Shown one piece after another: positions 1 through 12,500 of a DNA stretch of 64,000 nt. This DNA comes from Tubiluchus corallicola (taxonomy: Eukaryota > Animalia > Priapulida), in assembly GCA_030141605.1 (NCBI GenBank), contig JAQGDQ010000279.1, positions 62,001-126,000 of the forward strand. Direction: 5' to 3'. Positions within the stretch are counted from its first letter, which is position 1; the number at the start of each line of letters is the position of its first letter. The position numbers and the translations under genes are program-made. The notes beneath the pieces are model-generated. The model had not been told where the DNA came from. It ran no database searches and was given only the letters and a program-made list of their open reading frames with translations.

Positions 1-378
1 TGCAGTTTTTCTCCCTTTGCATTTGTGTTGTCTTTAGTATTTTTGTAATTTTTGTGTCAATGGAGAATTGAGTTTACCTGGCAGTTCCCTGTTAGGAGGA
101 AAGTTAGGAGTCACTGGAGAGGTGAGTTTACTTGGCTGTGCTCTGTTGGAGATAAGGCAGGAGAGTAGCAGGCAAAACCTAAAACTGCCGAATTGAATTT
201 CTCCCTCACTAAACTCTTTTGTGCTTTTTTGTTTTTATTGTTTATATTGACTCGTGTTGGCTTGTGCAATTACTTTTATTCGAATGTTTAGAATACATGC
301 TTCAAAAAGGCACACTTTTCTTTATTAACCAGTTCTAAATATAAATAATTCGACAAAGTGGCAAAGAAGTGTACTCAC

Positions 379-555
379 TTGTCTCGCAACCGGTTCTTGC
401 GCGGGGTAGACGTGTACGTCGTCAGTTGTATGGTCACAAGTTCTGCCAGTTTGTCCTCGTATTCCTGCGACCAGAACCGCAAAATCGACAAAGCAAACTG
501 ATCACAGTTCTTACCATCTCTCTGCAGGACGTACTTTAAACTTTCTTGCGTCGGA
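379..555 (-). CDS. INTS3: INTS3 exon 26
   Basis: [58 protein letters not shown]; donor GTGAGT; 177 nt. Confidence 0.92.
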
Positions 556-3500
556 CTGAAATAAAAACAATGACTAATGATGTAATATTTGGATAATACT
601 TTGAGTACTATGGTCAGATTTTAAGTTAGGGAAAGAAGGCGACACTTAAAACCAAAGGGCTTAATTTACATAATGCAAAATTAAACCTCTCTAGAAGGAA
701 TACATAATCAACTTTAGGGTAAGGTCGGTGAAATACCCCTTGAAACAGCATTTTTTACTTGGAAAGATCAGCCAATTTTGGTCTGACACCAACTATTTTG
801 AATAGGTTTATTGATTGAATTAAAGGACTAGTCAAAGTAATTTCTAATGATAATGCAATTCAATTCAACTCACTTTATTTCAGCATAAAATTGCCGCTAC
901 TAAAAACAAATTAAATACATACACACAAAGCACTAAGTGCTATTAATTACATACAACAACAAAAAATATATTACCATGTTGATAGTGTGGGTTTTCTAAT
1001 GAAATACAAAAAAGAACAAAACTAATCATTTTTTTATTATTATTGACACTGATTTGGTGGAAAATTATGAATTAATAATAACATTAAAATCAAAACAAAA
1101 TGAGCAGTTTCTAAGGATGGATTATGCATGGATTATTATTTCACAACAAGCACGTACGCGCTCTGCTTGACTATCAACAGTAAACTTGTCAATGCCTCGG
1201 CATGCTGAGGATACTCCAGCTTTGGCAGAATGGGCAGCATATAATCCACAGGGATGTTATGAGCACTGATCAATGTCCACAAGCAATACTGTTCAAACGT
1301 CTCCCACTCCAGACTTGCATCTAGAAAGAAATGTTCAAATTGTTGCTAAAATTCAATTAAAAATACAATTGATTATCTTCTTTTTATACACCTCAGTATG
1401 TTACTTGGAAAGCTTTATTGATTAACATACCCAAATTGTTCTCACCTGGTCAATTCAGGTGTATTAATTAATTTATACTTTCACTGTTTAATCTTTCATA
1501 CTGGTATGTCTAGATTCCTTGCTTTTTCATTCTATCTAATGGTTTTTATTTAAACTTATTGGCTAAACCACTAATATTTTAGCTACTATGGTATCAACAC
1601 TCTTTTCAAATTAGCTGGCAACTAAGGACATCATTAATTAAGCTATTATATTTGATTTTTTACCTGCACACTTGTATATACTAATTTTAATTCCCTTCAT
1701 TTATATGTTCAGCAGGTTCAGGTGATGAGGCCTGAAGGGGGGATCTATTCTGACACTAGGAAAGGACATTTAACTTTTTTATGCATTCAAGAAAAGAAAA
1801 GTATTACATTTGCATACACTACAGCACAAGTGACATGTCTACTACCAAGAGCATATTGAATCTCAATAGATGATAAGGTCTAAAACTCTGTTATAAGTGT
1901 AAGGCTCACAAAACCTCAATGACTGAGAAACCACAGATTTCTGCAGCCACCCATCCAACTACTAACCATGGCAGATGCTGTTAAGTGCAACCTGGTTCAG
2001 TGGTCACCTTAATAAAGAGCACAGAGAAAAGCTTAATAAAACCGCGGATAACAAAACCAGCAGCGTCTTAGAACCATTCAGGCATGGTACAGAATTACCT
2101 CCATAGAAACTATTGTTAATAAAATTTGGTTAATAAAACCAGTGCACCATTTAATAAGACATATTTTTCAGTAACAAGCGACAAAAGCAATAGAAAAATG
2201 AAAAATATATAATGTATTTTTAGTAGTTTGCCTATTTTTCCTAAGATATTCAGTTGAAATTCAAGTTCTGTTTCATAAATTCACCTCTTCTTATTCAAAG
2301 TCACACTGAAAGTTAAAGTCAATTGTTTCATTCTGTAAGCATGTAAGTGAGCTGAATGACCAACATTTAATTGTCATATAGTATTAATTAATTATTAAGC
2401 ATTTGCGTACTGCACATTGCCAAATACACACGTTTTCAATAGGCCACTGCATAATAAAACCACCTATTAAGACAACTTATTGTTGGTCCTGTGGTGGTTT
2501 TATTAAGCAGCAATGATTGTACTATACTAAGCTATAAGCATGGTTTCACAGCAAATTGTTCCAGTATGTCAACAATGAGTTAAGGCTGTTCGACTTACTA
2601 AGTATTGATAAAAACGAGTCTTTACGAAACATCACCATTTGACCTTGCATAACCTGACACACTAGATCTTGCAACTGAATGCCATCTATACAAGACACTA
2701 TGAGATTTAGCAACTCGGGGTTACCCATGGCTATACTGGAAAACTAGAATTGAGAAGAAAACTGAAATTAACAAGATGCTGCATTGTCCATAACTACAGA
2801 ACAGTACATCTACAGAACTGCTTTCAACACTTGTGTTTAGTTCATATTCACAGCAATGGTTTTTACTTATATTTACATTAATCATTAAAAATTATTCAAA
2901 TATACATTTTGTTTACAAGTGTAAAACAATGACCTGGCTACCTGCTGCTGCACAGAATGTTCAAAATACTCTTGCCTTTGCGAGAGTGTAAAATATTTTC
3001 AAAAACCGTACCTGTGAATAAATATCAGGAATCAAATAGCAGAATAACCGCACATCATCTTCCTGACACAGCTGCAAGTGAAAAAAATCAATTTATTGTT
3101 ACTGCATTTAAAACTCAAAATTCCATTCTACTAAATGAAAACATCAATAAAACCAAGTGGAAAGAATTAAAATCCAAGTGCGATTAAAATCCAAGTGAAA
3201 TTCTAAACTATTTTCAAATTTCTACTAATAACAGAGCGAAATGGACAGCACATAAAAAATCAAAACAAACAAAATCCCTTACTGAGTACAAGAGTGACAT
3301 GTATGTAACAAAAAGTACACACAATCTACAGCAATCATATAGTAACAGCAGTGTTACTTACATAAGGCAACCATAAACTTAAACTATATTAAAGCTTAAA
3401 GCACAAGAGAACACTCTTCGTAACTGGAGTTTAAAAAATTTGTCTTTGTGTCACTTACATGCTGTCTTATTGCATACAAAACTTGTATTAGCAGTAATGT

Positions 3501-6500
3501 TGTATAAACTTGTAAATTTAAACTCCAGTGACGACAGTTAGGCACAGTCATTTCAATGGTAAATCGTTTGAAACAAGTTTACATAACATTGGGCAAAGTT
3601 TGAAAAAATAATCAAAGGATTCCCAATACACTCTTCACTAACTAAGCAAAAGTAAAAATTATTTTATCAGGTTAATAAGATTAATAATAGTATTTTTGGT
3701 GAATCAGTGGGATGGGAATGCAGTGACATATTACTAGGTAGCACAAATATTTTCTTTTCCAATTACATAAGTCTTTAAAGCAGGTAAGTTTAATGCAAGG
3801 TAATACAAGTTTGTATTGAAAGTTTTTTTTGGGGATATACCTGAAAAATCTCCTTTTCTAACCCATAAACTTTAGTGCTGCTATCAATTCATTATGAAGG
3901 CCTATGCACCACTAATTGAGCTGATATGATATTCACAGAGGCTACTTCTAATGAATAATGTAAAAGATCACAAAGTAACTTGTGGATTTACGCACTCAGG
4001 CCTATTACAGGATTGTAGATTATTCTGAACGGTCTTGTAAAGTTTTGTATGGTTTTATTTGGGTTAACTTTTTTAACAATTTGAACTTTTTCTCTCTGTG
4101 AAAATCTGTTCGAAAGTCATGCATCTTCACTTCCTTATTTCTGCAAAATTTGCAGCTAGTACCAAGCTCGAGCTCCTGTAAAATGTCACGACATAGATAT
4201 AGTTAACTATTTTTTATAATTGCTTCTTAGACCTACCCATGGATAATTGTCAGTACAAAAAAATTAATTCAAGCATTCCAGAAAAAGATACAGTAAGGCT
4301 GTGTAAAGCTTGTTGTATGCCATTAGAACTAACATAAAGTAAGCTGAAGCACTGATGTTACTACAGTTTGGTTTTGCACCGGAAAACAAATCTCTCTTAA
4401 AGTGCTTGGCAAATAGAGAAAAACCGTTCTTTCACATACTGAGGTTTGGAAATTGCTTCTGTTTGTTCACAAGGTTACGTTTTTATTGCTACTTTATTAT
4501 AACAAGCCAGACACTATCGAGACTGTGAGCAGTACTGATCTCACTGCAACCAACAGTAATGCAACCTGTTACGTTGCACAGAAAGATAGAAAAAGTATAT
4601 AACTCACCGTTAAATCATTCAGTAAGCAACCTTCCAAATCTTTGCCTTCTAAACTCTTGCAAAAGTCTTTATAGTGAGTCATGTTGTCATGACTAATTTT
4701 ACTAAAGCAAACAAAAAAACAATATTTTAATAAGAATCACGGAGAATAATTAATTTACATATCTATTTCAATCAATACCTAGTTGAATGTGTCCAAATGT
4801 CTTAGAAAATAGGAATCTAATAATTTTATTTTCAGAGAATAATGTATTTTTCTCTTTTAAGAGCAACAGAGGTGCCAGTATCTTGAATCTTCAAACCAAC
4901 ACACAACAATATATTTGCTTCAATTCTTTATTATAAAGCCTAAACAAACTGCCCACTCATTAATGGTAAAGACTTAATTTGCATGCTTGATGAAGTATTA
5001 GTTCCAAAACTTTGCATCAAGACATAAATCATCTAGGCAAATGAAACGAAATGAAACAAATTGCTTTAATAAGTTCAATAAACAGAAAGAAGAAATTTTT
5101 CACTACAAAACTTGGGAAAAGCAAACAGGTAAACAACAAATATGTGCACTATGAACAACAAACACCATGAGGCTTGTACTAAGAAACCAAACCTGGCTTT
5201 TAAGAAATAAAGCAGCAGGTATCCTAGACGTTCTTGGCGGGCATACACGTCACCCATCAGCATCAGAATGGGTTGCCTGCTGGGGTCCTCCTCGGGTGTC
5301 TCAGTTAATATTCTGTAAAAAAATATACATGTCACTCATTGTAAACTATGCTACTCAGTGTTAAAAATGGCAATAAATGTGAGGCAAGTAACGCTTCTAA
5401 CATTATTTATTATGGCATATTCAGACTAATGACTTTTCTCGCCAAGTAAGTTGCCAAGTAACTCGTAAGCATGTTCAGACTAGAGAGCCAAATTTGCTGT
5501 GAGTTACTCTCTGACAGAAAGCATGAGCTGACATTCTCTAATCACTGCAAGAAGTGTCGAAAGTAACTCGTTGAGACATTCACACTAAATTAACTCACAG
5601 CAACTGTTGGAGAGTTTGCAGTTTCTACCAACATTAACTTGCAAAGCAGTTTACACTATGCGAGTTTGCTGTCAGAGAAAATTCTCACTAGTCTGAAGGC
5701 GTCGTTAGAATTGATTTCGACCTGCAAAGTGCCAAACTGAAATTGTACAAAAAATGCGTCTTCCATTGAAAAATATTCACCTTCCAAATCCTACTTAATA
5801 TGGTCAGCAACTGTGTAATGCAAAATATTTGAACGCATGGACAAACATAAAGAAAACAAAGAAGGAATAACGAAAAGCCAGCCCTCATCCTTCACCACTT
5901 CACTTTTGCTCACAGGAATAAGGTACAAAGTAACGAATAATACTTGTTCATGCGAATGTGTATTAGGGTAACATGTGAAATAAAGTTTCCATGAAGTATG
6001 GACCTATGCCCTACTTTATGCTTTGAGCAATGTGCATTAAGCAAGAGTTAGAAGAACATACCTAAATATGACGAATAGTGACGTCCCTATTGAATCTTCT
6101 ATATCACTGCAAAAATGGCAATAAATAAGCATTTAGTGTCAAATAATATAATTACAAAAATCTTATTAATTCAGTTTAGCTAAGCCTAATAAAACCAGAT
6201 ATAACAAGATAATAAATGCTTCCCCTGATTACGAAGAAACGTGAACACAATCAATTTTCCCCTATTTTTCTACATCAGGTAATGCACTTACTCTTCTTCC
6301 GGCTCTCCTTCCGGAAAAATATGATTTTTGAATTGACTAGCAAGAATTTGGCAAAGACAGATGGCTAGCGCAGATGACATGTCACTGTCGAACTCGTCCT
6401 GGAAAATTTAACAGAATTAGTAGTGATGGTGATAAAACTGCCCTTTCGTGCTGAAACAGCAAAAAGTCATTAACCTCTTCACTGCCGAGCAATTTGTATT

Positions 6501-9500
6501 TTAGCTGGAATATTTTAAGAAAAGGAAAAGTTGTCACTGCTACAGATTACGGCAACTTTTACTAGATCATCATTAGTTTTACTGCCACAACTATCATTCC
6601 CACCACCCCGTAATTGCCGTCCACCTCTACCATCACGAGTATCACTATTTTCATCAACACCAGCTTCATCACGTCATATTTTATTTTATTTTATTTGGTA
6701 TAATTCACAGCATTGTGCAAGATACAGGTAGAAAACAAAAGTCACAACACAGCAAACTGTAGCACACATCCAGTAGATACAGTAATAGTTTCGGCAAGGT
6801 TTACCTACGTTTTTTTAAATACAGCATTTGATGCCTGTATAATAACTTTATGGTCAACAGAGGACAACATCACTGTTTATTTCAGTAGCCTGATTCATGA
6901 AGTGTGCCAGCCACGTGCAGGTATTATTACTACTGGTGTACATGTCAATTAATTTCCATATTAAACATAATGGCATAGTCTCGTTATACGGACCAGTCAG
7001 AATAGCATTTTTGAGACAAGAAATTCTCATCATTGAGGCAGTGAAGTTGCTAATGAAGCCTTAAACTCAAATGAACTCCTATTAAGTAGTATTTGTTCTA
7101 AGTACGCAACTAGTACCACGAAAATGACAAGTTTGCTTCTGTAACTTTTTAGGTACAGCAAACTCATTAAACATTCCTTATAATGACTTTAAATAGACAG
7201 ACAATAAAATAAACTTTTGATACCTTTTTCTTAAAGCAAATCATCACAATGATTTTGAGCACCTTGCACAGATATTTTCAAAATGGTACAACCAAAAATC
7301 CACGCGACCTTTTCTACACTAGTGAAACGCTTCACTCCATTAGTCTGTTTGATTTCCAAAAATACTACTTGTTTCGAGGACAAGATAAATAATGGTATCG
7401 ATACTTACACTTTTAATAACAGCATCTATTAGTTTACTCATGACTTCGCACTGTTCTTCACCATCCCTAAAATAACAAAGAACAATGTTAGAACACAAAT
7501 TTCAACTTCAATACTTTGCACTGTTCTTCACCAACCCTAAAACAGTAATGAACAATTTTAGAATACAACTTCAAACTTGTTAATCCTTTATGAAAATGTG
7601 ACTGTTAGATTGACATATCGAATAATCATTTGCTTGGTCAGCTTGTTGTAGGAACAAACAATTCGCTAAGAGCTGATGTCTAGAAGACAAGAAAAACTCT
7701 TTTACTAAAGCTAAAAAAATAATCTTGAAAATTTACCTACATATTGCCTTATTGCACACAGAGCTTGTATTAGCAGTAACCCTGTATAAAACGTGTAAAT
7801 TTAATATACAGATAAATTACTTTTTTTGTCAATAACATTAACAATTTTATGTTTTTTTGGTGAGCCAGTGGTGCACACTGAGACGGTGAGTTAGTAACGT
7901 TTTACCAATTGGTGCGAATACTTTAAAATCACAAAAAATTTCTTTTCTAGTTATATAAGTCTTTCAAACACATAAGCATAATGGTAAGTAATACAACTTA
8001 GTGTGGAAAGTTCTTTGGGACATACTTTAAAATTGCACTTCCTTCCCCTTTAGCCTTAGCAAAATGACTTGCAAATTTTAAACTTACTCTATGTTCCGTA
8101 GTTCTAACACTAAACTCCGTATTTCTGAATCTAACTGATCAAGATGCTGCGTTAGTTCTGACTCGTCAACCGGTTTTGGAGGTGGAGACCTTAATATTGA
8201 TTTTATTGAACGCTCCTCTTTCACTTTCAGTTTTTCTGAAACACAAATGCTTTGAGAAATCGCAAATTCAAAAAAAGAATAAAACACTGAACTAAACAGC
8301 TAGCGACTTAAGAAAAGATTAAAAATTATTAATTTTATGCTAAATCTTACTGTTAATGTAATTAAACAATAAGCTGTCCTGACGATGTCAGGTAAGTAAA
8401 TGACAAGAGAATGAACATAAAAGCAGTCAAAATCAGACAGCAATACCCAGTTTATCACATTAAAACACTCACACATCAAACTGTGACACATTTTGCTCAG
8501 TTAAAACAGCTGCTTATTAATGTTACAAGACTCTCTCATCGAATAACGTGTATCAGTTAGTTGAATCACTTACTCATTAAACAGTGACAAGTTTTAGTCA
8601 GTTAAAACATGCACATAAGAAAAGCTGTTACGTTTTAGTCACTTAAACTGCGCAATGTCTTCTCGTCAATTAAACCACTCTCCCATCAAATGGTGACATG
8701 TTTCAGTCAGCCAAAATATTCATCCATTAAACAGTGACATATTTTAGTCAGTTGAAACACTCACCCAGTAAACAGTGACATGTTTTAGTCAGTTAAAACA
8801 CTTACCCAATGGCATTTCCTCTTCCTCCTCATCACTAAAAACAGCTGTGTGGATTGGCTGATTCTGATTCATTTCAACTGGTTTCATCTCATTGGCTAAT
8901 ATACTAGAGATGTTGTCCATATCACCCATGCTACCCGCTGGCAACATACCAGGCAAATTATCTTCTGCTTTCGTCATCACTAAAAAAATTGCCAAAAATA
9001 AACTATTAATAAGTACTGAAAATTATTCTACTAAGATAAGAATAAAATATATAAAAGCATGAACTACAATTTCAAAATCAATCACAATTTTAAAATTCCA
9101 TTAGAAAAATGGCTAGTATTCAGGCACGATGAATAAGTTCCCCCGATTTTTAGCACCAGCTAAAATTCTATTGAATCGATATCAATTCCAATGGCATATG
9201 CAGTTCAAAAAACAGATGACAAAATGAATTGCAATCTCTTAGTTTACAGCGAAAATGAGCAGCTATCTTCATCGTACATTTTATATTACTAAAATAGTTT
9301 TCAGTTGTTCATAAACAGAATAACCATACCATCAGTGGTTGAGCAGAACTCGGCAAAGTTTTCCCGGATCATTCCACGCAGATCCTTATCCAGCTTCTGA
9401 TTATCAAACAATGGCGACAATGTTCTAAAAGAAAACATGTACAAGTGACATAGTTTTCATATGAAACAAATGCAACAGACCAGATGCCACGGTTTACTTT

Positions 9501-12500
9501 TCTGATGATCGTAGATGTAACTTGTGGTATGTGTGACGTGTTCTTATTTATAGCTAATATTGTAATGTTTGCGATTACTAAGATTGTTCTCATTGTTTCA
9601 GCAGGCTAATCTCGCGGTTGAAGTTATGCAATGTCGGATTTGCTCTGTTCAAATTCCCATCTAAACTGATGCTCATTTAATAAATGTTTGTTTTAGTATT
9701 CACTAATTCATCAACTGTTGTGGCTATATCTTGCAGACATTACAGTATTGAGCCATTTTTTTTAAATCTTTGAGATATATGAGACAGGCTATCTTTAGAA
9801 AAGAAACCATAGCCAATTCAGATCTGTCCCAGTCATAACAACAAAAATGAACAAAATAAAAGTAATTAATAAAAATCTTTTAGCAAAAATGCAATTTCTA
9901 TCATTATTATAAAAAAGCAACACTGAAGTATGTTTAATGAATTTTGAAATGAAAACTGACATAATTTCAAAACTGTAGGTAAAATAAACTGCGTATACTT
10001 TTACAGCGTAAAGCTTTATTTTGAAGTTAACTTTACTGCTATGGCACACAATGAAAAAACAGATGATCTTACTGCAAAACTTTCTTTTCCAGGATTGTCC
10101 TAAGAGCCGTGTAAACACCTTGTCGTACAAGTGGCGTCAGCGGAGGATAAAAATTCGACATTATCTGCAAATAAAAGAAAAGAAATGTGAAAAGTGTTAA
10201 AACTGAATCAGTTTCTTCTAATAATAATCACAGCAATAAATGCTCACCTAGTAGGCAGAGCAGTAAGGCGAAAATCAAATTTGTACAATATAATTTCCAA
10301 ATCAGGACACACTTTGGCAACATTCCAGCTTTGATTAGAATTAATTGAAGATTTTATTAATAAGATTATCACTGACCCGACACAGAAAGTCTAACAACGT
10401 TGCCGTAATAGCGGGATGAGGTCTAATGGAATGGTACATCACAAGTATGGCAGGTTCTGCAAAGACAACATAAGCAAAAAATTAATACCTTTCTCAATTG
10501 ATAAGTTAGTCAATTCACTAGTCAGGCAGTCACTTTACCTGCAGTCCCTCAGTTAATCAATCACTTATCCAACAATCAGTATGTTACTCAGTCAAGCACA
10601 GAATCAAGCAATCAGTGGATTCGTCTGTCAGTCAAAGGTCAGTCAGCCAACCAATAACAAACCAATCAGCCAACGAATAATTTTAATGAAACAATAACTC
10701 AGTCAGTCAATCAATCAGTTCATAAGTTCAGTCAACCAGCCTGTAAATTAATCAGCCAGTCAAATCACCTACCAATCAGTCAGTCAAATAAATAAAGAAG
10801 TAATCAGCCAAACTATTTTTTATACAACTAAACTATCACATCAGCTCTACTTGATCACTGCTGGATCAAAACTGTTTCTGATCAAATTTGCCGCAATAAT
10901 ATTTTAATTCTAATAATTATAATGCAAATCAGTTAGGAGCAGTTAGTCAGTAAGTTACAACTACTATCACCAATAATAATAATATTATGAAACCTACCTA
11001 TATTCATAATGCTGTCTCGCTCAGGATCAAAGAACAACCAGTCATAAAATAATGCAAGTTTGGCATTTGATGCTGCCACATTCGACTAAGAAACAGAACA
11101 AAGCAAACGTACAAACAATTAAACGTTACATATTTTTCTACGAAAGTGTAAACAAAAATCAATGATAGCTGAAGCAAGAACGTCACCCATATGAGGATAA
11201 AACACTTTGGCAATTAGCAAATTATTAATGCTTTAAAACTGCAAACTTACGGTACATGTCGTGAGCAGCCAGCCAATCACAGCCCACCTGGGTATGATGT
11301 CGGAGCATAACACTTCATTGGAGGGGTGCACGACACCGCATATGAATCGTATCAAATCACAGCGCAATGACTGACTCTCCGGTGTCGCCAAATACTTAAA
11401 AAAAATAAGGAAATGTACAAAAATGTAGAAGACTATGCAAAACTAAGTAGTTCATAATTCCATAAATCAAATTAAAGCATAGCTTAGTGAACGATGATGA
11501 TGATGATGATGATGATAATATTGATAATATAATAACACACGTGCTTGGTCGAACAACTAGTTTGGTACCACTTTTTATGTCTTCGGTATGAGGCGGTCGG
11601 GAATTGAACCCTCGACATCCAGGGCAGAAAAAGGCAGTATGCTGCCATTGACCTATGCCTCCAGTATTGCCTTATAAGTTGTAAAAAAATTATCTAAAAG
11701 TCAATATAAGCAAATTCGATATAAAAAGCAAATAATTCTTTAGCTTATACACTTGCAGGCAGCCAATAAATAAAAAGCAACACCAGAACAAACAAAGGAA
11801 AAGTGTTCCAGGTGCCAATTATCAACGAATATGTATGGTGTGTGGTACTTGTTACTGCTGCAGGAATTATTCAACATACCTGACGCTGAAACCAGTACTG
11901 GTATCGCTTCTCGGTACCAAATCGAACCTTGAAGAAACAAATAATATAAATTAATCAGCTCACTGAAAAAATAAATAGTTGTGGGAAAAACTTAAACTGG
12001 GATTGTCGCTTATCTTACTGCATTTTGTTACCACAGATGTTACCAGTGGTCACAAAACAACTTACAACTGTTGTGGAGTATTGGCGATTTGATCATTTAG
12101 ATTACACCTACATAAGAGCATAACTAAGTTTCATAAACATAAAATAATAAAATCCGTTATTTACCTAATAGGGTAGCAATATAACCCCGCAGCTCTCCAC
12201 GGGCCTAACAGGTCTGACTAATTAATGTGATGAAATGTAATTTTGTAATAAATATAATAAATGCATAAATTAAATGAGTACTGATAATGTTTACTTGAAG
12301 TTTTTTTAGTGTATAATAACATAGTATGAGCAAAATAGATGAGTGGTTACATTACGTGTGCTTTGCAACAAGTTAAGCATGTCTGAGTCCGGTTAATAAA
12401 TGGATGGGTGATTGTTAGCAAAACTGCTTACAGGTGGCTTTATCTAACATATTCCGCCCAAGACAAATTCCCATATTGAGGATGCATACAAAACCAATAA

